Below are positions 1 to 7,952 of a stretch of 45,617 nt of DNA, in pieces. Position numbers and translations under genes: made by a program. This DNA is from Eubacteriales bacterium (GTDB lineage Bacteria; Bacillota; Clostridia; Oscillospirales; CAG-272), in assembly GCA_045587785.1 (NCBI GenBank), contig JAZNDA010000131.1, positions 1-45,617 of the forward strand, read 5' to 3'. Each line of letters begins with the position of its first letter. The stretch's first letter is position 1. A model generated the notes under the pieces. It did not search any database and had not been told where the DNA came from. It saw only the letters and a program-made list of their open reading frames with translations.

Positions 1-1
1 G

Positions 2-370
2 ACAAAGACCCTCATAAGTATGGTGAATGAGGCGGTCGATGCCTCTCACGGCAACGTGGTTTGTATTGAAAAGGGCACAAAGCTCCGCTTCGATGTCAAA
101 TACCAGGCAAGACTGATCAATGCCAAGGAATATTTTATAGACGACGCACATTCGCTTTGGGGCTTTATTGCCGGCATTCTGGCGAGTGACCATGACGTGA
201 CCGAGTTGTTTGTTGACTCGGCGCTCAAGATCTGCGGCAACGATCTTGCACAGTTCGATGAAATGGTCGAGAAGGTGGCAAAGCTTTCCGAGAGCATTGG
301 CACCAAGGTCGTGTTCACTGTTTCGCTCCCCACCGAGGAAGCAACCGACACCATTCGCAAATACATGTAA
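2..370 (+). CDS. 5'-truncated small P-loop-type conserved protein (clostridial family often auto-labelled PilT-like; function unknown)
   Basis: Frame is open from the window edge (TKTLISMVNEAV..., consistent with the tail of a Walker A GKT). Stop TAA at 368-370. The GFIAGILASDHD...FVDS segment resembles that family. Confidence 0.6.
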   Translation, partial: TKTLISMVNEAVDASHGNVVCIEKGTKLRFDVKYQARLINAKEYFIDDAHSLWGFIAGILASDHDVTELFVDSALKICGNDLAQFDEMVEKVAKLSESIGTKVVFTVSLPTEEATDTIRKYM

Positions 371-378
371 CTAAAAAT

Positions 379-415
379 AATAAATATCCCCCCGTTTTAC
401 GGGGGGATATTTATT
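379..415. terminator. Bidirectional intrinsic terminator
   Basis: Perfect inverted repeat aataaatatccccccg-tttta-cggggggatatttatt between convergent genes. Confidence 0.85.
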
Positions 416-422
416 TGTATGT

Positions 423-2876
423 CTATGCTTTTTTAAATACGATCTTGCCGTCCTCAGCAACGGCGCAGACGGTATCACCTTTTTGAATCTTGCCCTCCAG
501 CATTTCGGTGGAGACCGTATCCTCGATCATGCGGACGATGGCACGTCTGAGAGGACGCGCGCCGTATACGGGGTCAAAGCCCTCCTTAGAGACAAGCTCT
601 GTGACACTGTCATCAAAGCTTACGTCGATGCCAAGCTCTTTTATGCGTGCTTTGACGTCTTCCAGCATGATGGTGGCAATTTTGGATATCTCCTCGCCCG
701 TCAGCTTGGTAAAGAGAATGATATCATCGATCCTGTTGAGGAACTCGGGGCGGAAAGTTTGTTTAAGTGCCGCCATCACGCGTTCCTCGTTTTGCTTTTT
801 CTCGCTATCCTCGGCACCGCCTGCGGTGGCAAAGCCGAGTGCACGGCTGCCGCTGTTTGCGGTGGCACCCACGTTTGAGGTCATGATAATGACCGTGTTT
901 TTAAAGTCCACGCGCCGACCTTGCGAGTCGGTCAGAACCCCGTCTTCCAAAACCTGTAGCATGATATTGAACACGTCGGGATGCGCCTTTTCGATCTCGT
1001 CAAACAGTACCACCGAATAGGGGTGACGGCGTATTTTCTCGGTCAGCTGTCCGCCTTCCTCAAAGCCGACGTACCCGGGGGGCGAGCCGATCAGCTTGGA
1101 AACGCTGTGCTTTTCCATATATTCCGACATGTCAAGACGGATCATGGCGTTCTGATCGCCGAACATGATAGCGGCAAGTGCCTTGGTCAGCTCGGTCTTG
1201 CCCACGCCCGTAGGTCCGAGGAAGATAAAGGAGCCGATGGGGCGGCGCGGATCTTTAAGACCCATTCTGCCGCGTCGGATGGCACGGGACACTGCTTGTA
1301 CGGCATCGTCCTGTCCGACAATGCGCCTGTGCAGTTCTTCCTCCAGATGCAACAGCTTTTTTCCCTCATCTTCGAGAAGCTTGCTTACGGGAATGCCCGT
1401 CCACTGGGTGACAATGTCGGCAATGTCGCTCTCGGTGACTATGAGCGTTTTGTCGGATTTATTTTTGTCCCAATCCGCTTTGGCGGTATTGTATTGCTCC
1501 TGTACGCTCTTTTCCTCGTCACGGATGCGTGCCGCACGCTCAAAGTCCTGGGCACTTATTGCTTCTTCTTTCTCGTGAGAAAGCTTTTGCAGTTTGTCCT
1601 CTATCTCCTTGATGCCGTCGGGCGAGGTGTGCGCCGATATGCGAAGTCTGGATGCCGCCTCGTCAACAAGGTCAATGGCTTTATCGGGCAGATAGCGGTC
1701 GGCAATATAACGGCGCGAAAGCTCCACGGCAGCTTTTATGGCATCCTCGCCGATCTTGAGCTTGTGGTGTGCCTCATATTTGTCGCGTAAGCCAAGGAGG
1801 ATCTGTACCGCCTCCTCAGGGCTCGGTTCGCCCACCGTTACCGATTGGAAGCGCCGCTCCAGCGCCGCGTCTTTTTCGATGTGACCGCGGTACTCGGCAA
1901 TGGTGGTGGCACCGATCACCTGCATCTCGCCTCTGGCAAGCGCGGGCTTTAAGATGTTGGCGGCATCTACCGCGCCCTCTGCTGCACCCGCGCCGATGAT
2001 GGTGTGGATCTCGTCAATAAACAGAATCACGTCGGGATTTTTGACCGTCTCCTCCATCACGCTTTTCATGCGTTCTTCAAATTCGCCGCGGTATTTGGCA
2101 CCTGCGATCATGCCTGCAATATCCAGCGTAATGATCTTTTTGTCCTTCAGTGTTTCGGGTACGTTGCCGTCCACGATCTTTTGGGCAAGACCTTCCACTA
2201 CGGCGGTCTTTCCCACACCCGGCTCACCGATCAGACAGGGGTTGTTTTTGGTTCGTCTGGAAAGGATCTGAATGACACGCTCTGTTTCCTTGTCGCGCCC
2301 GATAATGGGATCGATCTTTCCTTGCTTTGCAAGTTCGGTAAGGTCTCTGCCGTAGCTTGAAAGGGTAGAGGCTTGACCGTTTTGCGAGGTGGCTCCCGCT
2401 TGCCTCTGAGTCTCGCCGCGAAGGGGAGAGCCTTTTTCGTTTCGTGAGCCGAAATAGTTTGCCAGATCATTTTGAATATCGGATATCGATATGCCGTTTT
2501 GTTCCAACAGTTTGACTGCCACACAGTCCTTTTCGGATACAAGTGCCAGCAAAAGATGCTCGGTGCCGATAAAGTTTTGTCCCATTCTGAGGGCCTCATA
2601 GGACGATGCCTCGATGATGCGTTTGGTTCTGGGGGTCATATCGGCGGCGCCTACGTTGCTTACCGTTCCGACTCCCGCATATTTTACAATATCATCCTTT
2701 ATTTTTTCAAAATCTGCACCCCGCGAGGCAAGAATACCTGCGGCAATGCTGTCATTTTCGCCTACAAGGCCCAGTAGCATATGCTCTGAACCGATATAGG
2801 TATGTCCAAGCTCTCCGGCGTATGTCAGCGAGCGGTTCAAGACGTTTTGTGCTTTTTGTGTAAATTTGATTGCCAT
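423..2876 (-). CDS. clpC: ATP-dependent Clp protease ATPase subunit ClpC
   Basis: Clp N-terminal repeats (HTYIGSEH, FIGTEHLL), two Walker A motifs (GEPGVGKT, GPTGVGKT), UVR-like M domain, LGF ClpP-docking loop. Last gene of the ctsR operon. Confidence 0.96.
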   Translation of the reverse strand: MAIKFTQKAQNVLNRSLTYAGELGHTYIGSEHMLLGLVGENDSIAAGILASRGADFEKIKDDIVKYAGVGTVSNVGAADMTPRTKRIIEASSYEALRMGQNFIGTEHLLLALVSEKDCVAVKLLEQNGISISDIQNDLANYFGSRNEKGSPLRGETQRQAGATSQNGQASTLSSYGRDLTELAKQGKIDPIIGRDKETERVIQILSRRTKNNPCLIGEPGVGKTAVVEGLAQKIVDGNVPETLKDKKIITLDIAGMIAGAKYRGEFEERMKSVMEETVKNPDVILFIDEIHTIIGAGAAEGAVDAANILKPALARGEMQVIGATTIAEYRGHIEKDAALERRFQSVTVGEPSPEEAVQILLGLRDKYEAHHKLKIGEDAIKAAVELSRRYIADRYLPDKAIDLVDEAASRLRISAHTSPDGIKEIEDKLQKLSHEKEEAISAQDFERAARIRDEEKSVQEQYNTAKADWDKNKSDKTLIVTESDIADIVTQWTGIPVSKLLEDEGKKLLHLEEELHRRIVGQDDAVQAVSRAIRRGRMGLKDPRRPIGSFIFLGPTGVGKTELTKALAAIMFGDQNAMIRLDMSEYMEKHSVSKLIGSPPGYVGFEEGGQLTEKIRRHPYSVVLFDEIEKAHPDVFNIMLQVLEDGVLTDSQGRRVDFKNTVIIMTSNVGATANSGSRALGFATAGGAEDSEKKQNEERVMAALKQTFRPEFLNRIDDIILFTKLTGEEISKIATIMLEDVKARIKELGIDVSFDDSVTELVSKEGFDPVYGARPLRRAIVRMIEDTVSTEMLEGKIQKGDTVCAVAEDGKIVFKKA

Positions 2877-2897
2877 AGATCGCTCATCTCTTTTCTT

Positions 2898-3911
2898 TTA
2901 ATTTTTTTGCAGTGCTTTTTTGATGTGATCCGCGCGTAAAATGTCACGTTCCTTGTCGCTCATGACCTGCTTGTTTTCACTGAGCGCAAGGCTGTAGGGC
3001 ATCATTTCAACCAGCAGGCTGTCAAGCGTCTGGTATTCTATTCCTTGTACAATTCCCAGAGCAAGTCCGAGTCTGACATCCGAATAATAGGAAAAAAATT
3101 CGCGCGAGGAAAGCATATACGCGTGGCGTAAAATACCTTCGGCACGGCAGATCTTGTCCACGATCTGCGGATTCTTTTCGGGGGTGATCAGTGTGCGCAG
3201 TTCATTTTCGTTTTCGGTGATCTGTTTTACCACGTCAGACAGTTTTTTGAGGGTGTCCTCCTCAGTGATGCCGAGAGTGACCTGATTGGAGATCTGATAG
3301 ATGCACCCCTGCGCATCGGTGCCTTCGCCGTAGAAGCCGCGCATGGTGAGGCCGATCTTGGAAAGTCCCTTAGCAAGGGAGTCTATCTTGCCTGCCATGG
3401 TAAGGGCAGGGAGAAACATCATGACCGACGCGCGCATGGCGGTACCAAGATTGGTGGGGCAATGCGTCAGATATCCAAGCTCTTCGTTATAGGCAATGGG
3501 GAATTCTTTGTCGATCATGTCGTCCACCGCGGCGGCACTTTTGAAGGCTTCGTCCAGAGCAAGTCCCGAGAGGATACACTGAATTCTCATGTGATCTTCC
3601 TCGCAAAGCATGATGGCAAGTCCGCATGATCTGTTGAGCATCAGGGTGTGCGGTGTCTTTTTGGCTACGAATTCGCGGCTGATGTAGTGCTTTTCCAGAT
3701 ATGAGCCCGCCTCGGTGATGGGAAGGGTAGTGAAATCGATGTTTTCAAAGCCGTTTTTCTCAAGCAGTCCGCCCACCTTACCGATCAGCTCGGCGGCTTT
3801 TTGGCTGTCAAGACGTGTGTCAAAGGGGTAGCCCTCAATATTTCTTGCCAGACGAATGCGCGAGGAAAGAACGGTGTCGCTTTGTTGTCCTTTTGTATTG
3901 TACCAATCCAT
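2898..3911 (-). CDS. mcsB: Protein-arginine kinase McsB (ATP:guanido phosphotransferase family)
   Basis: SSRIRLARN, EEDH, CPTNLGT, YQISNQVTLG motifs. Lies between mcsA and clpC. Confidence 0.95.
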   Translation of the reverse strand: MDWYNTKGQQSDTVLSSRIRLARNIEGYPFDTRLDSQKAAELIGKVGGLLEKNGFENIDFTTLPITEAGSYLEKHYISREFVAKKTPHTLMLNRSCGLAIMLCEEDHMRIQCILSGLALDEAFKSAAAVDDMIDKEFPIAYNEELGYLTHCPTNLGTAMRASVMMFLPALTMAGKIDSLAKGLSKIGLTMRGFYGEGTDAQGCIYQISNQVTLGITEEDTLKKLSDVVKQITENENELRTLITPEKNPQIVDKICRAEGILRHAYMLSSREFFSYYSDVRLGLALGIVQGIEYQTLDSLLVEMMPYSLALSENKQVMSDKERDILRADHIKKALQKN

Positions 3912-3923
3912 TATAGTACCCCC

Positions 3924-4454
3924 TTATATTTCGGATTCCAGTGCGCGGATCTGATCGCGCAGTGTAGCTGCCGCTTCAAAATTTTCATCGGCAATAGCGT
4001 GCTTCAGATCGTTCTTAAGCTCCGTGAGACGCGTCATATTCTCACCGCGCTTTTTGAACTTGGCGGGCACCCGTCCGATGTGTTTGACGCTTCCGTGAAT
4101 GGAACGCACCGTGCCGTAGAGCTCGTCGGCAAAGGTGGTGTAGCAGTTGGGACAGCCTGCCTTTCCGTGCCGTCTGAAATCATCAAAGGTAGCGTGGCAC
4201 AGAGGACAGGTCTTTTTGCTTGTCCGTGCGTTTTCGGGAAGACCGAAAAGACTGCTGAAAAGGCTATCGCTTATGCTGCCAAGGCTCGGCATGCCAAAAA
4301 AACCGTCGGCAAGATTTTGTTGCAAAGAGATCTCCCCGCTTTGCTCAAGAGCCTTGGCGCAGTCGGCGCAAAGGGAATAGGAACGGCTCTTTCCGTTTAC
4401 GGTCTCCTCGTAAAATACTGTTGCATTATTTTTCTTGCATTTCTCACATAACAT
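3924..4454 (-). CDS. mcsA: McsB activator McsA
   Basis: Four CxxC motifs plus a C-terminal UVR domain (ENFEAAATLRDQI). Start refined to the ATG at 4454 (MLCEKC). Confidence 0.93.
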   Translation of the reverse strand: MLCEKCKKNNATVFYEETVNGKSRSYSLCADCAKALEQSGEISLQQNLADGFFGMPSLGSISDSLFSSLFGLPENARTSKKTCPLCHATFDDFRRHGKAGCPNCYTTFADELYGTVRSIHGSVKHIGRVPAKFKKRGENMTRLTELKNDLKHAIADENFEAAATLRDQIRALESEI

Positions 4455-4482
4455 ATTTTTTACCAAACCTTTCTTTACTATT

Positions 4483-4932
4483 TTACCTCATAATGGATAG
4501 GATAATATGTCGGAATATCTGTGCGCGTACGTTGTTTCTGATCTCTTGAGGAACAGAGCCGAGCGCCGAGCCCGAGGTGGCGGCACAAATAATATTTTTT
4601 TCGCGATTGCCGATAAAACCATTGTCCAAAAGATTGGACACGTACGCCTCAAGTGTGCGTTCATCCATCTCGTCACCGATGGCGTAAAAGAAGTGCATAA
4701 GGTATTCGTCCCGTTGCATCTGCTTTTTGACAATGCGTATACAGCCTCCGCCGCCTCTTTTGGATTCAATGATATATCCTCGCTCGGGAGTGAAGCGCGA
4801 GGTGATGACGTAGCTGATCTGGCTCGGGACACAGCCAAGGCGTGCCGCCATATCGTTTCTCTGAAGCTCAAGCGAGCCTCCCGCTTCACTGAGCATTTGC
4901 TCGATCAATTTTGCGATGGTATCTGTCAGCAT
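4483..4932 (-). CDS. ctsR: Class III stress gene repressor CtsR
   Basis: CVPSQISYVITSRF and ESKRGGGG glycine loop. ATG at 4932 follows an AGGAGGAG RBS. Confidence 0.95.
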   Translation of the reverse strand: MLTDTIAKLIEQMLSEAGGSLELQRNDMAARLGCVPSQISYVITSRFTPERGYIIESKRGGGGCIRIVKKQMQRDEYLMHFFYAIGDEMDERTLEAYVSNLLDNGFIGNREKNIICAATSGSALGSVPQEIRNNVRAQIFRHIILSIMR

Positions 4933-4945
4933 AAAACTCCTCCTG

Positions 4946-5018
4946 TTTGACCTTCTTTGACTTTTCACGTATAGTATAACGCAAAGGTCAAAGAAAGTCA
5001 AAGTCAAGGAAAGTCAAA
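4946..5018 (-). promoter_or_regulatory. sigma-A promoter of the ctsR operon with three CtsR boxes
   Basis: Minus strand TTGACT(5001-4996)-N17-TATACT(4978-4973). Heptad pairs RGTCAAA-NAN-RGTCAAA at 4946-4962 (minus), 4986-5002 (plus) and 5002-5018 (plus, 1 mismatch). Confidence 0.92.
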
Positions 5019-5098
5019 TTTTAAAAAATGGAGCCGATTATAGCGGATTAGATTTTGATTTTCTCCCATTTTCTCACGAAATCTCGCTTTTTTAAAAA

Positions 5099-5629
5099 TT
5101 ATTGTATGATGTCTTGAAAACCGATTTTATAGGATGAAACCAAAAGATCCCATGTGGCTTTATTGACCTTTCCCGTAATCGGCAAGAGATTCCGCGCTTG
5201 AAATTCGCGAATGGCATTTTCGGTTTCCTCATTGTATATACCGCTTTGCGGGACGGTGCCGAGGTTGTCATACTGAAGGGCAAGCTCGCCGAGCATGTAC
5301 TGGATCGCAGTCACGGTAAAGCTTTGTTCTCCCATGCCGACCTCATATCCAAACGGTCTTAGCGGAAAGATCGGCATGTCGTTTGGTGCGCTTGCATCGT
5401 TTATCGAACGCTTATATTCGGCATATAGAAGATTCCATGTCACCTCGTCTGCGCGGCCTGTTTCGGGCAGACCGTTGTTTCTTTGAAAGGCGATAAGTGC
5501 AGCTTCGGTACGGGCGTCCCAAACGTCGGTCAGAGGCGGCGGCAGTATACTGTCATCAAAATACGAAAGCTGCCTGAGGTAACGCTTAAGATTTGAAATA
5601 GCTTGCGGTTTGGTGGGATAATCGTTCAT
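5099..5629 (-). CDS. Peptidoglycan-binding protein (two PG_binding_1-like domains)
   Basis: TEAALIAFQRNNGLPETG and TENAIREFQARNLLPITG repeats. ATG at 5629 follows AAAGGAGA. Confidence 0.85.
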   Translation of the reverse strand: MNDYPTKPQAISNLKRYLRQLSYFDDSILPPPLTDVWDARTEAALIAFQRNNGLPETGRADEVTWNLLYAEYKRSINDASAPNDMPIFPLRPFGYEVGMGEQSFTVTAIQYMLGELALQYDNLGTVPQSGIYNEETENAIREFQARNLLPITGKVNKATWDLLVSSYKIGFQDIIQ

Positions 5630-5639
5630 ATGTCTCCTT

Positions 5640-7040
5640 TCATCCTCCGACATCAAAGCCGGGATACTGACCCTCTCTGAGGTTGTTTGCCGAATAAAGC
5701 GTTTCGTATTCGGAGGCAATGGCGTTCCAGACCGTAGCCTCCACCACGCCGTTCTCTGGCAGACCGAACAGTTGCTCAAAGGCAAGCACGGCGGCTCTGG
5801 TTTGCGAGCCGAAATAGCCTGTTACCTCGACGGTGGGAATTTCGGGATAGGTGTTCGACAGGAAATTCAGATACTGTTGAAGCACCGCAACCTCGGGGGC
5901 TTCAGAGCCGAGATTGAGGACCACGCCCGCAAAGGGTAGGGTCTCACCCTCTCGGAATTCAAAGACCAGTGAATCGATGATGCCAAGATAGGCATCGTAA
6001 ATGGCTTCAAAGGTGGGAATATCCAAAACACCGCTTGGCGGAAGCTCAAAGGTCTTTTGCGCGGAGGAGATGGCATTTCTCGTCTGTTCGCCGAAAATGC
6101 CGTCAACGGAGATGGGCGGAATGGTGGAATAAAACTGAGATAGATAATTGAGGTAATACTGTACGTTGCGGACAGCAATGCCTGTGTCGCCAAAGCTCGG
6201 CAACTCATAGGGCAGTGTGGTGATGTCCTCGGGTGTGATGCCCTCGGAATTGAGCTCAGCAAGCCGCTTGACGCTGTTGTAGATCATCTGAATCTTATAC
6301 CAGGTGGCTTTGCCCACGATACCGTCGGTGGCAAGACCGAACACCTCTTGAAAGGCAAGAACGGCGTTTTCTGTGCTGTAGGAAAAAATACCGTCCGTTA
6401 AGGGGATCTTGGGGATGGATGGGTAGTTAGCCGAAATGCGGTTCAGACGAACTTGAATCTGTCTGACGTCGGTGCCCGACGAGCCGAGCGCCAGCGGTGC
6501 TTCAGGCAGGGAGGCGGTAATGCCGCGCACCTCGGCGTTGCGGACCAGCTCAATGTTGTCGCCGTAATAATACGTGAGGATCTCATAGGGGGTCCTCCCG
6601 CTTTGCGCCAATTCCTCGCTGCCCCACTGGGAGAGCCCCGCACAGGTGACTTCGATGCCGTCGCAATAGGTGGCGAACAGTGGCTCGATGTTTCCCATGC
6701 GCCTGATGTAGTCGTTAAAAAGCTCACCCACGATCGCATTTACGTTCTCATAAATGTCCCGTCCTTTGACAAAGGATTGGTCGACCGATGTGGAATTGGT
6801 AATGTCAAACGGATAGCCGCGTGAGCGGTAATATTCGGTATAAATGCGGTTGAGTGCGTATGAGATCTGCGCATAAATATTGGCGCGGATGGCACTTTCG
6901 TTCCAGGTGGGATAGATCTCGCTGGAGGCTACGTTGGCAATGTAATCGGGAAAGGAGACCGTCACGTTCTCGGCGTCCGAGCTTGGGGGTCCGAGATGCA
7001 CGGTGATGGTTTCGGGAATGTAGGGAATCAGAGGCGGCAT
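5640..7040 (-). CDS. sleC: SleC-type spore cortex-lytic enzyme: catalytic SpoIID/LytB domain plus three PG-binding domains, no pre/pro region
   Basis: YIANVASSEIYPTW, LNRIYTEYYR, YCDG, QWGS motifs characteristic of clostridial SleC. ATG at 7040 follows AAAGGAGA. Confidence 0.85.
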   Translation of the reverse strand: MPPLIPYIPETITVHLGPPSSDAENVTVSFPDYIANVASSEIYPTWNESAIRANIYAQISYALNRIYTEYYRSRGYPFDITNSTSVDQSFVKGRDIYENVNAIVGELFNDYIRRMGNIEPLFATYCDGIEVTCAGLSQWGSEELAQSGRTPYEILTYYYGDNIELVRNAEVRGITASLPEAPLALGSSGTDVRQIQVRLNRISANYPSIPKIPLTDGIFSYSTENAVLAFQEVFGLATDGIVGKATWYKIQMIYNSVKRLAELNSEGITPEDITTLPYELPSFGDTGIAVRNVQYYLNYLSQFYSTIPPISVDGIFGEQTRNAISSAQKTFELPPSGVLDIPTFEAIYDAYLGIIDSLVFEFREGETLPFAGVVLNLGSEAPEVAVLQQYLNFLSNTYPEIPTVEVTGYFGSQTRAAVLAFEQLFGLPENGVVEATVWNAIASEYETLYSANNLREGQYPGFDVGG

Positions 7041-7051
7041 ATCTTCTCCTT

Positions 7052-7489
7052 TCAAAGCTCGGGAGCTTCACTCTCGCTTGACTGCGGTGTCGGATTGGGA
7101 TCGTAATCGGGAAAACCGTTTTGGGGAACGGGGATCATATCGGCAGGTATGACCGATGTGATCCCGTCAAAAATGGGAATATTATGTGTGAGATTATCAT
7201 GGTAGCCGTCCAGATAAACCTCCACGTGATAAGTGGCATAAGGCTTTTGCTGTGAAGCGGGTGACATAGAGAGGGAACGCGGCGGAGCCAGTAGGGCAAT
7301 TTTGGGCGTGAGACCATCCTCGCCGCTGGTCAGACGGGCAATAACGGCGGAAAAATTCTCCTCGTCGCCGCGCACCAGAACGGTTGCACCCGAAAGCGGA
7401 AGCGCGCCCGACGCGGTAGACACACGGACGATGAGATACCCTCTGCCCGTATAGCCGAGAGATTGATATTGCGGAATATCTTGGTTCAT
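7052..7489 (-). CDS. Protein resembling the N-terminal pre/pro domain of SleC
   Basis: GYLIVRV...PLSGATV...SGEDG..P.IAL.APP..LS..P....PY..Y.VEV..DGY pattern resembles the N-terminus of SleC precursors. Has its own RBS. Confidence 0.75.
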   Translation of the reverse strand: MNQDIPQYQSLGYTGRGYLIVRVSTASGALPLSGATVLVRGDEENFSAVIARLTSGEDGLTPKIALLAPPRSLSMSPASQQKPYATYHVEVYLDGYHDNLTHNIPIFDGITSVIPADMIPVPQNGFPDYDPNPTPQSSESEAPEL

Positions 7490-7519
7490 TTGGATCTCCT
7501 TTCAAGTGTCTTTCTATCA

Positions 7520-7546
7520 ATTGTATGAAAAAAAGTGCAGATGGGT
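7520..7546 (-). promoter_or_regulatory. Putative mother-cell (sigma-K/sigma-E type) promoter for the sleC cassette
   Basis: Minus strand AC-N17-CATACAAT, 30 nt upstream of the 7489 start. Confidence 0.55.
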
Positions 7547-7567
7547 TCAAAAAAGTTTTAAAAGCTC

Positions 7568-7596
7568 TTGCAAAAAGTAAAAAAGTTTGGTATAAT
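7568..7596 (+). promoter_or_regulatory. sigma-A promoter for SRP RNA-dnaX
   Basis: TTGCAA-N17-TATAAT with extended TG. Confidence 0.8.
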
Positions 7597-7651
7597 ATAA
7601 AGGATAGATGTCTTATTTTGCGGCACGGGCTGTAAAATAAGGCCATACCAG

Positions 7652-7900
7652 CCGGGGAATTAGCGGTGCCCTGTACCTGAAATCCGCTATAGCAGGGGTG
7701 CATCCCTCTTCTGAGGGTAGAGCATTTGCGGTCTGTGACGCATCTTTTCATGTTGAGAAGTGGGTCTTGCGCAATCGGGAGCTGTGAACCATGTCAGGTG
7801 GGGAACCAAGCAGCATTAAGCAGTGTACCCGATGTGCCGCGAGTCAGCCTGCTTTGAGTGAGAGGTGCGTATGTCGCGCAGATGTGATATTCGAGGTTGA
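7652..7900 (+). ncRNA. ffs: Large bacterial signal recognition particle RNA (scRNA)
   Basis: Alu-like 5' part gcggtgccctgtacctgaaatccgctatagcaggg and helix-8 motif gaaccatgtcaggtgg-GGAA-ccaagcagc. Upstream of dnaX as in B. subtilis scr-dnaX-yaaK-recR. Ends approximate. Confidence 0.92.
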
Positions 7901-7952
7901 GGTGTATGGTCTTATTTTGCAGCTTGTGTTTTTTGGAAAGGGGGCAGAATTT

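Noticed and set aside
3586-3606. CEEDH instead of the canonical NEED motif in McsB
   Set aside because: It is a single substitution with the acidic residues and the CPTN cysteine intact, so it is not evidence of altered function.
7791-7952. N-terminal extension of the dnaX ORF
   Set aside because: It overlaps the SRP RNA. DnaX homology begins at the TTG at 7953, which has an RBS.
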